Origin: Pelagomonas calceolata
Taxonomy: Eukaryota
Direction: 5' to 3'
DNA: 64,000 nt
Assembly (NCBI GenBank): GCA_918797485.1
Contig: CAKKNE010000005.1
Coordinates: forward strand, 1,240,001 to 1,304,000
Below are positions 48,021 to 58,478 of this stretch, in pieces. How positions within the stretch are numbered: position 1 is the first letter of the stretch; each line of letters starts with the position of its first letter. Below the pieces are notes generated by a model. It was given only the letters and a program-made list of their open reading frames with translations, was not told the DNA's origin and searched no databases. The position numbers were made by a program, and so were the translations under genes.

Positions 48021-50132
48021 ATGGCGGCAGCGGCCGGCAACATCGAGGCGGTCGACGAGGTCAATCGGGCGGATGAGCACGGCCGGACGCAGCTATGGAT
48101 CGCCTGCTGCGACGGCCACGTCGATGCGACACGGTCGTTGCTGGAGAAAGGCGCGGCGATCGACCGGGCAACCGAGTGGGGCGCGACGCCGCTGCACATC
48201 GCCTGCCGGAACGGGCACGTCGACGCTGTGCGGCTATTACTGGACAAAGGCGCGGAGGTCGACCGGGCGACAGAGGAAGGTCAGACGCCGCTATGGATAG
48301 CCTGCCAGAAGGGCCACGTCGCCGTGGCGCGGCTGTTGCTGGCACAAGGCGCGGACGTCAATCGGGCGAATAAGTACGATGAGACGCCGCTATTCATCGC
48401 CTGCGAGAACGGCCACGTCGACATGGAGCGTCTGTTGCTGGACAACGGCGCGGAGGTCGACCGGGCGGTTGGGGACGTGACGCCGCTGCTCGTCGCCTGT
48501 TCTGAGGGCCACGTCGACGTGGCACGGCTGTTGCTAGATAAAGGCGCGGAGGTCGATCGGGCGGACACGGAGGGCTGGACGCCGTTGCTCACCGCCTGCT
48601 CGCAAGGCCACGTCGCCGTGGTGCGGCTGCTGCTGGACCACGGCGCAGACGTCAATAGGGCGGACGAGGACGGTTCGACGCCGCTGTCAATCGCAAAAGA
48701 AGAGCGCCACTCGTCCATCGTCGAGCTGCTCGAGGAACACTTGGATTCGAAGTTCCCACTTCACGCTGCGGCAAGGACCGGCGACGTCGAGGCGATGAGT
48801 CAACTCCTGGACGACGGCGCAGAGGTAGACGCGAAGAAGGACGGCGCGACTCCACTATTCGTAGCTTGCGAGAAGGGCCACGTCGACTTGGCGCGGCTGC
48901 TGTTAGATAAAGGCGCGGACGTTAATCAGGCGAATAAGAAGGGTAGGACGCCGCTATTCATCGCCTGCCAGAAGGGCCACGTCGACGCGGCGAGGCTGCT
49001 GCTGGACAACGGCGCGGAGGTCGATCGGGCGAATAAGTTAGGCGGAACGCCGCTGTTCGTCGCCTGCCAGTACGACCGTGTCGACGCGGCGCGGCTGTTG
49101 CTGGAAAAAGGCGCGGCGGTCGATCGGGCGATGGAGGACGGTGCGACGCCGCTGTACATCGCCTGCGCGGCAGGCCACGTCGAAACGGCGCGGCTGGTGC
49201 TGGAGAAAGGCGCGGAGGTCGACCTGGCGGCGAATAACGGTGCGACGCCGCTGTACGTCGCCTGCCAGTTTGGCCACGTCGACGCGGCGCGGCTGCTGCT
49301 GGAGAAAGGCGCAGCGGTCGATCGGGCGACGGAGAGCGGTGCGACGCCGCTGTATATAGCCTGCAAGAACGGCCACGTCGACGTGGTGCGGCTGGTGCTG
49401 GACAAAGGCGCGGACGTTAATCGGGCGGACAAGTACGACCAGACGCCGCTGCACGTCGCCTGTCAGAAGGGTCACGTCGATGCGGCGCGGCTGTTGCTGG
49501 AGAACGGCGCGGAGGTCGACCGGGCGGACAAGGACGGCCGGACGCCGCTGTGGATCGCCTGCCAGCAGGGCCACGTCGACGCGGTGCGGCTGCTGCTGGA
49601 GAAAGGCGCGGCGGTCGATCGGGCGGATACACAGGGCAGGACGCCGCTGGACGCAGCAAAGCATCGCCGTCGTGACGCAGTCGTCGCGCTCATCGAGGAC
49701 CACCGTTACAAGGCAGACATCGACGCGACTGCGCCGGTGGCGACCCAGTGGCACGGCAAAAATCTGGCGAACATGTATGCCAGCAAAAAGAGGGCGCTCC
49801 AGGAACGCGACGAGGCGCTCGAGCAGGCCAATAAGCGCGCCGCCAGGGTTGAGCAAGAGCGAGATGACCACGAGAGCCGCGAGAAGCTCCTAGACTCGAT
49901 GGTCCTTCCTCTCGAAGAACAGCGCCGGCAGCTCCAGGAGATCGTGGGCGACGCGGCGAAAGCGCTGATTAATCGAGGCGTGCCGACGCGCGTGCTGCCC
50001 GATGCCGATACACCGTTCTACTACGCCCGAAACTCCTGGGACACGGAGCAAAGGGTCCCGTGGAACGCCGAGGCGGATCGCCCGATGAGCCTCGCCGAGG
50101 GCATCGCGTGGCTCCACGACCACGGATCGTAA
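48021..50132 (+). CDS. Ankyrin-repeat protein (~17 repeats) with C-terminal coiled coil
   Basis: GxTPLxxACxxGHVDxARLLLxxGAxVDRA consensus; ~99-bp near-tandem DNA repeats. Confidence 0.95.
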   Translation: MAAAAGNIEAVDEVNRADEHGRTQLWIACCDGHVDATRSLLEKGAAIDRATEWGATPLHIACRNGHVDAVRLLLDKGAEVDRATEEGQTPLWIACQKGHVAVARLLLAQGADVNRANKYDETPLFIACENGHVDMERLLLDNGAEVDRAVGDVTPLLVACSEGHVDVARLLLDKGAEVDRADTEGWTPLLTACSQGHVAVVRLLLDHGADVNRADEDGSTPLSIAKEERHSSIVELLEEHLDSKFPLHAAARTGDVEAMSQLLDDGAEVDAKKDGATPLFVACEKGHVDLARLLLDKGADVNQANKKGRTPLFIACQKGHVDAARLLLDNGAEVDRANKLGGTPLFVACQYDRVDAARLLLEKGAAVDRAMEDGATPLYIACAAGHVETARLVLEKGAEVDLAANNGATPLYVACQFGHVDAARLLLEKGAAVDRATESGATPLYIACKNGHVDVVRLVLDKGADVNRADKYDQTPLHVACQKGHVDAARLLLENGAEVDRADKDGRTPLWIACQQGHVDAVRLLLEKGAAVDRADTQGRTPLDAAKHRRRDAVVALIEDHRYKADIDATAPVATQWHGKNLANMYASKKRALQERDEALEQANKRAARVEQERDDHESREKLLDSMVLPLEEQRRQLQEIVGDAAKALINRGVPTRVLPDADTPFYYARNSWDTEQRVPWNAEADRPMSLAEGIAWLHDHGS

Positions 50133-50484
50133 TGTGCGTAAAGATGGTAGTTTCCTTAGGGCAGCGGGGGAGATGCACGAAAAGCGCCTCAGGCGAGCTC
50201 GATGTACGCCGACGCGACCTTGGGCCCGCCCTTGCCGTCGTGCGGGTAGCACACGATCTTGATCCGCTCCCGGCCGAGCTCCACGCGATTGGCGCTCCGC
50301 GCCCGCGAATACGGGGGGCCCTTGGTTGTTGCCGCCATCGCGATCATCGCCTGGCTTTGGCGGTACTTCACTAACGATTAAGAACTAATATGTACACACG
50401 TCACAATTACTACTCGGGCACGCCACCCACTAGCAGCAAGATCCACTAGCAGAGCAATAGTAACTAAATTCACAAAGATAAGTC

Positions 50485-52392
50485 TTAGGGCACGATGCCG
50501 TTCGTCCGCCACTGGTACCAGTCGTACTGCTTCGCGCGTTCCGAGTTGTGCGACTGGCGGATCATCTCCGTTGCGACCGCGACCGTCCGCCGCGGGTCGC
50601 CATCCAAATCCGCAAACCGGTCCCCGAGCTTCCGCGCGGCGTCGGCGCCGAAGGGCGCGTCGCCGAAGAATAAAGCTAGCGTCGTCTGCAATTCGTGTAA
50701 ATCCGCGGCTAAGGCGTGCAGGCCACCCGCCAACGCTGTACTAAAAGCCACCCAAGCATCACTCCCGACACCCCCCAACACGCGCACGTACTCGTCCGGC
50801 AGCTTGAAGGGCGCGTCCTCGAAATTCAGGCCGCCGGGGGTCCTCCCTAACATGTAGCCGAAGTCAATGTGCACCAACCGGCCCGCCCTATCCAACATGA
50901 TGTTGCCGTTGTGCCGGTCTTTCACATCCAACGCGTAGCACAACAACGAAGCACCGGCTAAAGAACGAGCGAAGTTCAAGGACGCCTCCTTCCGCGACGT
51001 ACCACCAACTGGTTGCCGATCGTCGTAAGGACCATACACAATATCAAAATACGTCGCGAGGTCCGGCTCGAGATCCAGGCCCGTCATGGCCTGCTTTATA
51101 TGATCGATCGAATGGCAGTCGGACATGGTTTCTACTAGTCCAGCACGAGCGCCACAGCACGTGATACCGTACGGCCGCAGCCACGCGTCGACCCCATGCT
51201 TGTCGAAAGTCCTTCGTAAGTTATCCACGATTTGCATCGCGAGGCCTTCCCTCCTCAGTTCGTCGTCCGCTTTCACCAGAAACGAGGCTAATCTCCACCC
51301 AGGAGTCCTTCCATAGGGAGATTGAGCTTTGCACCGTTCCTCGAACGTTTCCCAGGCGCCGTCGGGGAAGACTCGCCGCAAAAGTTCTGCTCGACGCGCC
51401 GCTTCGAAGGCTGAACGAGAGGGCGTGTTGCCGAAGCTCTCGACGACGTCGAACGGAGGCGTGGACGGTGGCGCTACGACGTTAGCCCAGCGCCGCGCTT
51501 CCGCGTCGAGGTTGAGCGACGCCTCGTCGTCGTCACATAGAGCCTCGCAGTATAGCAGTGTCGGTGCTCTCGCGCGTGACGGCATGACGCGACACCGCTC
51601 GACGTCGAGCCGTAAAACTCGCAGTGAGGCTTTCGACGACGCCGGTAGCAATGGGACGGCGACGCCGCCTTGCAACGCTCGCGGCGCCAGCCAGTCGTTC
51701 AGCGCGTGTAATAACGGCCACAGCCGCTCCGGCTGCCGCCGTTTTGTACGTTCTACCTTTGCTAAGCGTTCCGATAACCTAACTAAAGCGCCAACGAACG
51801 CCGCCGTCTCGCCGCACGACTCGCTTTGTTGCGACGCGGCCCAGGCTGCTCTAAATAAACCGTCGCCAAACGCACTCGTTTGTGCTTTTTCGTCCAAGAG
51901 GGCATCTTGCAAGAGCCAGCAGCATCTCAAACCAAGCTCCGGGTTCCGCGCGATGCGTTTCAGTAGAGCATCCCGCAAGGCATAAGTTAATAACTGCTGG
52001 TGTGCTGAACTAATTTTAGGCGCATGATCTAACAAAGCAGTCGTGATCTGGGGCAGCGCGCGCTCCCACTCGTCGGCTTCCGTTAATTCGTCGCTGTGCA
52101 AGGCGTCCGCCAGCAATCGAGCTTCTCGTCTGGCGTGCTCCGCGAGGTGCTGGCTTTCAGGCGTGTGGTAGCGGTAGACGCGTCTGCCAAACAAGCCGCT
52201 CCCGCCGACGATTTGTAAAGCGCCGCCCTCGCCTCCTCTCAATTGGCGCTGGCAGGCGAACCACCTCGCCAAGACTTGCAGGAGGTTCGCGGTGGCGCCG
52301 CCTCTCTTCGGTCGCTTCCAAGTTGTTGTGCGTATTGCGGGCGGCCTCCGCCGCGCGGCGACTAGCGCGGCGAGCAGGAGGATGCGCCGCAT
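50485..52392 (-). CDS. Phosphatidylinositol 4-kinase (type III-like catalytic domain)
   Basis: SRARAPTLL, SPYG..PGWRL..FLVKADDELRRE, FARSLAG.SL..YALDVKDRHNGNIM, HIDFGYMLG..FEDAPFKL. Confidence 0.93.
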   Translation of the reverse strand: MRRILLLAALVAARRRPPAIRTTTWKRPKRGGATANLLQVLARWFACQRQLRGGEGGALQIVGGSGLFGRRVYRYHTPESQHLAEHARREARLLADALHSDELTEADEWERALPQITTALLDHAPKISSAHQQLLTYALRDALLKRIARNPELGLRCCWLLQDALLDEKAQTSAFGDGLFRAAWAASQQSESCGETAAFVGALVRLSERLAKVERTKRRQPERLWPLLHALNDWLAPRALQGGVAVPLLPASSKASLRVLRLDVERCRVMPSRARAPTLLYCEALCDDDEASLNLDAEARRWANVVAPPSTPPFDVVESFGNTPSRSAFEAARRAELLRRVFPDGAWETFEERCKAQSPYGRTPGWRLASFLVKADDELRREGLAMQIVDNLRRTFDKHGVDAWLRPYGITCCGARAGLVETMSDCHSIDHIKQAMTGLDLEPDLATYFDIVYGPYDDRQPVGGTSRKEASLNFARSLAGASLLCYALDVKDRHNGNIMLDRAGRLVHIDFGYMLGRTPGGLNFEDAPFKLPDEYVRVLGGVGSDAWVAFSTALAGGLHALAADLHELQTTLALFFGDAPFGADAARKLGDRFADLDGDPRRTVAVATEMIRQSHNSERAKQYDWYQWRTNGIVP

Positions 52393-52829
52393 GGGTATGC
52401 ACTATCGCCGCGGCGGCGTCTCGTCGATAGCGTCAGTTCTCTCGCTCCCGCGGACGCCTACGGGCGGCTGCAACGCCTGCAGGGCTGTGGCCTCCCACTT
52501 GCTGAGGGGCCACTGGGCGCAGCGTTGCAGTCGTCCTCGCTACGAAGCGAGGCCGCGCTAGCGCTTGCAACAATGACGCTCGCTGTCGATTGCAGCGGTC
52601 GGAGCACAGCGATGCTACGCGTAGCCGATTGGCAAAACATGCAAGTGCGATGCGAGATGGCAAAATGGTCTTGACCGCGTTGCACGACTCCTTCGTTCGC
52701 TTTTAGGACTTGCCGAAGAGCGATCCAAGCGAAACGGGCCGGCTGGCTGCGTGCGGGTTTCGCGCCCATTTTAGCAAAAGCATAAAAAAGGAAGTATTAC
52801 ACACAAAAAAGAAACAAGGCGTCGTCAGC

Positions 52830-53384
52830 TCAGCTCCGCTTGCGCTTCGTCAGGCACCGCGCCACGCGCAGCGCCTCCCGGAACAGCACGGCGAGCGTCA
52901 CGACCGCCACGCCCCAGGCCGGCGCGGCCCCGCCCGGCGGCAGCACCACAAACGCCGCGAGCGGCGCCGCGTCCGCCGGCCGCCCGTACGCGCGGCCGTC
53001 GACCCGCAGCACGAAATCATCCAACGGAATGCGGCGCCGCCCGCCCAACAAAAGCGAGGCGTCGGGCGTCGGCGCCCGTAGGTGCACCGGGATGCTTAAT
53101 GACAGCGCGTCGCACGCGTCGAGCGTCCAGCGGAGGCCCACGCTGTGCGCAGCGGCGTCGTACTCCGGCGCCTCGACGTCGCTGGCACCCGTGAACTGGG
53201 CGGCGCGGACGCAGGCGGGCCAGCCCGCGCGCGTCTCGACCTCGTCGCGGTCCACGTAGGCGGCGGCCGGCAGCGCCCAGCTTAGAGTTATGTCCTTCGC
53301 ATCCGTGCCTATCGGAATCTCCAGCTCCATGGCGTAATGTTGACCGCTGCCGCTCAAGGACGCGGTGGCTGGCTGAGTAGGCAT
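52830..53384 (-). CDS. PIG-X/Pbn1-like GPI-mannosyltransferase I subunit
   Basis: GSGQH, LPAAAYVDRDE, DVEAPE, IPVHLR, C-terminal TM helix. Confidence 0.65.
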   Translation of the reverse strand: MPTQPATASLSGSGQHYAMELEIPIGTDAKDITLSWALPAAAYVDRDEVETRAGWPACVRAAQFTGASDVEAPEYDAAAHSVGLRWTLDACDALSLSIPVHLRAPTPDASLLLGGRRRIPLDDFVLRVDGRAYGRPADAAPLAAFVVLPPGGAAPAWGVAVVTLAVLFREALRVARCLTKRKRS

Positions 53385-53648
53385 GCTGTCAGCTGGAGCT
53401 GGAGCGCGTCGGCGTGCCGAAATGGTCAGCACAAGCGTTGCAGCCGTGCACAGGCTGCTCTTCGACATGCTGTAGCGCCCATTTCCTCTCCTGGAGGCTA
53501 AATGCTAGTGCCTTACGGCCGCTAGCTCGACTTCACGCGCAGACCTCAGCGGTGCTGTTTCGTCATCGCATAAGTTGTTCTGCACATCGTAGCGACAGCG
53601 TGCACAAGCCGAGCATCGATTCTCGCGCAACAGTTCGCCAGCACTCAA

Positions 53649-55028
53649 ATGCAGACTCTCCTCCTCGCGCTGTGTGCGGTCGCACACGCCGCGCCCACTG
53701 CAGACCTAGTCACCTCACTGCCTGGCTGGGCCGGCGCGCTCAAGTCCCCGATGTACAGCGGCTACGTGGACGTCGAAGGAATGAAGGTCCACTACCTCTT
53801 CGTCGAGTGCGAGAGCAAGGCGCCGCAGGACGCGCCGGTTCTCGTCTGGTCCAACGGCGGCCCTGGAGCGTCATCTATGTTTGGGTTGTTTGTCGAGCTC
53901 GGCCCGTACATCATGAACCAAAACTCTCTAGAAGCCCAAGGCCCGCCGACGCTCTTCGACAACCCTTATGCATGGACGAAGTCCGGCTCCGTGCTGATGT
54001 TCGACTGGCCGCCTCCAGTTGGTTTCTCGTACTGCGACGACGACCCGACGGGCAAGGGCACGTCCTGCGGCGACTGGGACGACGACCGCTTCTCTACCGT
54101 AGCATATGGCGCCCTGGCGGCATGGTACGGGAAGTTTCCCGAGTTCGGCACTAATGACCTCTACCTGACGGGCGAGAGCTACGCGGGCATCTACATCCCG
54201 CGCCTCGCGAAGTCGATCCTGGAAGGCGGCGACGCCTCATTAAAGGCGCGTTTGCGAGGTTTTGCCGTCGGTGATGCGTGCGCCGGGAACAAAGTGAATT
54301 GTGGTGGTGAGTCGCCATGGTTCAATTTGTTATTCCTCTATGGTCACGGGCAGCTCTCGACGAAGCTCTTCGACAAGGTCACTTCTACTTGTGGCCAGAA
54401 GTACCTCAAGCAGGGCGGCACGGCACCGCCGGGCTGTCGCGCGGTGCTGGAGCGCATGAACACCGCCGCGGCGGGTTACTTCGAGTACAACCTCTACGAC
54501 GAGTGCACGTACGACGACCTACTAAGCAATGGCGCCGTCAACGACTATGTCTGTGGCGGCGGCTCCGCGCTCAACAAGTGGATTCTGCGGGACGATGTGA
54601 GAGAAGCGTTACACGTCCCGACCGACAGTTTATTTTTTGATGGAGATAACGGCGAAGGCATGACGTATAAGCAGACGGAACCGGACCTCATGCCCTTCTA
54701 CCGCAAGGTGGCCCAGAAGACGGACCTGAGGGTACTCGTGTACAACGGCGACGCCGATCCCTCCATCAATTCATTTGTGGCCGAGAACTGGACCGTGGCT
54801 CTAGGGTATGATGAAGTGGAACCGTGGCGCGCCTGGACCCTGGACGGGTGCCGGAAGGTCGGAGGGTATGTGACGCGCTACAGGCAGAACTTCGACTACC
54901 TCACGATCCGGGGGTCGGGCCACATGGTCCCGCAGTTCAAGCCGGCCGCGGCGGCGGCGTTCCTGGAGAACTGGTTGACTGGAGAGGACTATCCGGTTTA
55001 TGTGGCGAACTGCTCTTCGCCTGTGTAA
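53649..55028 (+). CDS. Serine carboxypeptidase (family S10), secreted
   Basis: WSNGGPGASS, ELGP, PVGFSY, TGESYAGIYIP, YNGDAD, GSGHMVP. Confidence 0.97.
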   Translation: MQTLLLALCAVAHAAPTADLVTSLPGWAGALKSPMYSGYVDVEGMKVHYLFVECESKAPQDAPVLVWSNGGPGASSMFGLFVELGPYIMNQNSLEAQGPPTLFDNPYAWTKSGSVLMFDWPPPVGFSYCDDDPTGKGTSCGDWDDDRFSTVAYGALAAWYGKFPEFGTNDLYLTGESYAGIYIPRLAKSILEGGDASLKARLRGFAVGDACAGNKVNCGGESPWFNLLFLYGHGQLSTKLFDKVTSTCGQKYLKQGGTAPPGCRAVLERMNTAAAGYFEYNLYDECTYDDLLSNGAVNDYVCGGGSALNKWILRDDVREALHVPTDSLFFDGDNGEGMTYKQTEPDLMPFYRKVAQKTDLRVLVYNGDADPSINSFVAENWTVALGYDEVEPWRAWTLDGCRKVGGYVTRYRQNFDYLTIRGSGHMVPQFKPAAAAAFLENWLTGEDYPVYVANCSSPV

Positions 55029-55205
55029 GTGTGTACATACGTACTTCCTTGCGAGAGAAAACCCGTGCCCTGCGCAGGATTTTGGACAATCGGGCTGCCC
55101 CAGCGCGCATGCATCGCTGTCCGACGTAGGCAAGGCCCCAGTCGCACTGCCCCGCGCGCACGAATCGCAGCCGCAACGTTTGCACGCATTCCTTCGGCCG
55201 GACAC

Positions 55206-55841
55206 ATGCGAGAAGCGTCACCCCAGTCACCTCAACAGGAGCAGCGCTACCTGCGCGACGTCTTCCGGGAGCGCGGCGACTTATTAGGAGACGGCTGGGC
55301 CGCGGCCCCGCTGCCCGCGCGCGCCGTGCCGCCGTCACCAATGGACGGGAGTCCGGACTCGCCGGCGCGCGTGCCGCCGCCGCTGGAGGCAGAGGAGGAG
55401 CGGGACACGCGCCAGCCCGAGGACACGACGGCGCCGCGCAAATCAGCGGCCGCTTTGCGCGCGACGCTGGCCGACGGCTGGGCCGTGCCGGCGCTGAGTT
55501 CGAAGCGCCGCGACGCGCCCCATAGGGCCGCTTCTACTCCTCAACCATCAGAGCCGAGCGCCCTGGACACCATTGCAGCAAGTGTAGCCTCTATGTTCAC
55601 GTCGCCAGCGTCGGACTCGAGCCGTGGCCAGTCGTACGACCAGTATATGCAAAGCCACGAGAGTCCAAAGCGCGCGCCCCTGATGGACTACGAGACGACG
55701 GCCTCGACGGAGGAGCGGGGGCCCGTGCTCGGCCGCGACGGCTACGACCCGGGGCAGCGGGTCGTGCCCGCGCTCGACGCGTGCGGCTGCGCGTTCGAGA
55801 TGTTCTCGCCGGCGAAGCCGCGGTCGCCGCGGCTTTCATAA
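55206..55841 (+). CDS. Hypothetical low-complexity protein
   Basis: ATG at 55206, Pro/Ser-rich ORF, no recognised motif. Confidence 0.5.
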   Translation: MREASPQSPQQEQRYLRDVFRERGDLLGDGWAAAPLPARAVPPSPMDGSPDSPARVPPPLEAEEERDTRQPEDTTAPRKSAAALRATLADGWAVPALSSKRRDAPHRAASTPQPSEPSALDTIAASVASMFTSPASDSSRGQSYDQYMQSHESPKRAPLMDYETTASTEERGPVLGRDGYDPGQRVVPALDACGCAFEMFSPAKPRSPRLS

Positions 55842-55995
55842 CTGGCATACTAGAAATCCATACTTCCGTTTTTTGTCAGCACCCGCACCATGCTAAAAAA
55901 CTATTCTCCGAGGGGTCAATGCTGAGAGGCCGCTTCCGAACTGCGCGCGCAGCCCCAAGCTTCAAAAACCGCTGTAAGCGCAGCCCATAGCAACC

Positions 55996-56418
55996 ATGAG
56001 CATCATGTCCTGCATCAGCGGTCTGGAATCCATGACCCTCAGCGGCGCGTCGCAGATGGAGGGTAGGGTCACATCTCTGGACGACGGCTACTGCATCACC
56101 GAACGCTACGCGGCCGCCGGTGCGATCCAGCAGGTCGGCGGGCTCGACGGGCTACGCGTGACGATGAACTTTTTATTCATGAACCTGGACATATATCTAC
56201 CTCCCGTCCCGCTCGACCTCCTCGAGATAATGACGCGCGGCCTCGTGGAGATGGTGTGCGACGGCCGCCTCGACGAGGGCAAGGCCGCTGATCTCGCGGT
56301 CGGCCGCGCCGCGATTCTGCTGAATCATGGCGTCTATCTCCCGCTGACGCCCGCCGCCGCGGACTGCCTCTACGCGCTGATCCACGAGCAGGAGAAGTGC
56401 GTCTACTACGGCGAATGA
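55996..56418 (+). CDS. Hypothetical protein (140 aa)
   Basis: CAACCATG start context and strong third-position GC bias; no recognised motif. Confidence 0.65.
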   Translation: MSIMSCISGLESMTLSGASQMEGRVTSLDDGYCITERYAAAGAIQQVGGLDGLRVTMNFLFMNLDIYLPPVPLDLLEIMTRGLVEMVCDGRLDEGKAADLAVGRAAILLNHGVYLPLTPAAADCLYALIHEQEKCVYYGE

Positions 56419-56460
56419 ACCCCCCACCCTGTGTCAAGAAGTAAGAACAAGTTTTGTTAG

Positions 56461-57807
56461 TCAGGGATTCTTCAACCGGTACAGCAGCACGCGCCCGCGG
56501 TCGTTGCCCACGGCTAATAAATCGCCGCCGGAGTTGAAGCCCGCCGCCGTCACGTAGCGCAGCGGCGTCCGCGCCGTCGGCCAGTTCGGCACGACCCTAA
56601 GGTCGCTCCCGAGGCGCACGACCCGCATCGCGTCGCGGGCCCACTTCGACGCCAGCAGACATAGCGTCTCGGAGCACGCCAATGTGGACACGGGCGTCGT
56701 CAGCGACGAGACGGCTTTCTCTGGTGAAGGCGCTTGTTCAGTGGAGAAGGAGGCCGTTCGCGGTACTGTTGTACTGTAAGCGTTGACGACGCCGCTCTCA
56801 CTACCAACGAATAGCCTCGAGCCGCAACACAACAATGCAGAAGTGGGAGACGACCCCTCGTCGGCCCACGTCGCCAGGCAGCGAGAACTCCTCAAATCCC
56901 AGACGTGGACGCGCGCGTCGCCTCCTGAGGCGTAGAGCTTCGTACTATCGTGAGAAAAACACACGGCTCGCGTCGTACCACTCGCCTTCAATTCCGAAGA
57001 ACGCCACTGGCCTCGCGACGCGTCGGCCAACAAGATGCGGCCGTCGTGGGCCGTGAAGGCTAGGGATGCACCGTCACCCGACAGCGCGAAGCGCTCGAGG
57101 GACTTGTCCTTCGACTTTGGAGGCAGCCGCACCTTCGTCGCTTTTTCAGACGCGACGTCATACGCGTAGTAGAAGGGCCGCCTTCCACTCACAATACATA
57201 TATCGGTTTGCGCCCGCCAGGCTAGAGACCTTATAGGTAGGTCGGCCAAGTGACAAGCACCGGCCGTGCCATTCACCTCACCATCAATACGGAAGAACCG
57301 CAAAGTTTTGTCTAAGCCACCGGTAACCAAAAGATCCGTCGACGCATGAAACGCAACACCACTAATCGCCGACTTCGACGGCGCTCGCACGTTCGCGTCC
57401 GTCTCTCTTGCTACTCTGAGATCGCCGTCGTCGTCATCCGACTCGTCGTCCTGGGCCGCCTGGGCCAGGGCGTTCGGCTTTTTCGATGAAGTGGCCCAGT
57501 CTTGTGGGCCCTTCGTTGCTTTGAATCTCGCTCGTAAGCGCTCCTCGAGAGCCGCACCTTTGAGCACGCGGTCCGTCGGCGCCTGGCGTAATTTCTTCAG
57601 TCTCGATGCGCTGCGCAGGTCGACCCTTATATCTTCATCGTCGTCGTCTTGCCAGGCAGGCGCGTCTTCATTTGAGATGTTGTTGCTCTCGGCGTCGCTC
57701 TCGTCCGCGCCGAAGACCTCCCTTTCTAAAACAGCTTCGTCGACGTGGGGCTTCTTCCTGCGAGGTTCGTCGTCGTCGGAGTCGTTCCAGGCTGCTAGGT
57801 CGGCCAT
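56461..57807 (-). CDS. UTP18: U3 snoRNA-associated WD40 protein Utp18
   Basis: PAWQDDDDE..RLKKLR..LEERLRARF, DAN, GGLDKTLRFFRIDG, SGRRPFYYAYD, NWPTARTPL, LAVGNDRGRVLLYRL. Confidence 0.92.
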   Translation of the reverse strand: MADLAAWNDSDDDEPRRKKPHVDEAVLEREVFGADESDAESNNISNEDAPAWQDDDDEDIRVDLRSASRLKKLRQAPTDRVLKGAALEERLRARFKATKGPQDWATSSKKPNALAQAAQDDESDDDDGDLRVARETDANVRAPSKSAISGVAFHASTDLLVTGGLDKTLRFFRIDGEVNGTAGACHLADLPIRSLAWRAQTDICIVSGRRPFYYAYDVASEKATKVRLPPKSKDKSLERFALSGDGASLAFTAHDGRILLADASRGQWRSSELKASGTTRAVCFSHDSTKLYASGGDARVHVWDLRSSRCLATWADEGSSPTSALLCCGSRLFVGSESGVVNAYSTTVPRTASFSTEQAPSPEKAVSSLTTPVSTLACSETLCLLASKWARDAMRVVRLGSDLRVVPNWPTARTPLRYVTAAGFNSGGDLLAVGNDRGRVLLYRLKNP

Positions 57808-58478
57808 CGTCCCGTGCTCGGCTGAAACTGCTTGTGCGTCGCTGGACTGCGACAGCGACTCGAGCGATGATCAATGCGTGTCAGCTACGACTGCTGAGGG
57901 ATCTCCCGCGCGCACCGTCGAGCGTCGGGCTCAGCTGCACTCCGCAGCACTTTTGGAGATGGCTTTGTTATATGCTGCTCGTGCGTCGCTGGCCCCGCAG
58001 CGTCGGCAGCGATCAATTTATGATCAATGCGTGTATCAAACGCTGCGAATGCTAGCGGTAGGTGCTCGCGCGTCCCGCTGTCGAGCGCTCGCCTCTCACA
58101 CTGCGCACTCACTTTGGCCTTCGAGGAGTCGAGTGCAGGCCCGAGCCGTGGACCCGTCCGAGTCATCCTTCCTGAATGCACACAGGTCGAAGCCGGCCCT
58201 CCTGTGGTACTAGACTGGTACTAGCTTCGATCATTTCCACGAGCGCCCGGGCCTCGCGTTGTCTCGCGCTCGTCACACAGACCTGCGCGAACGGCCACAC
58301 GCTCGTCGGAGGCAGCCCTCACGCTCAGAGCTCAGAGGCTGCCGACTGCACGCTCCGCGGTGGAGTCAGAGGCAGCCCTCCCACACACCAGCTGCCCTCT
58401 CAGCCGCTGCTGGCACCGCGGCTGGCACGCACGCCCGTCGCTGCGTAGCCGCTCGCACGTCAGCCCTCAGCCGCAACC

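Noticed and set aside
50189..50371. Short minus-strand ORF ending ASAYIELA, faintly like the bL17 C-terminus
   Set aside because: GTG start and no other bL17 motifs; may be a gene remnant but a product call is unsupported.
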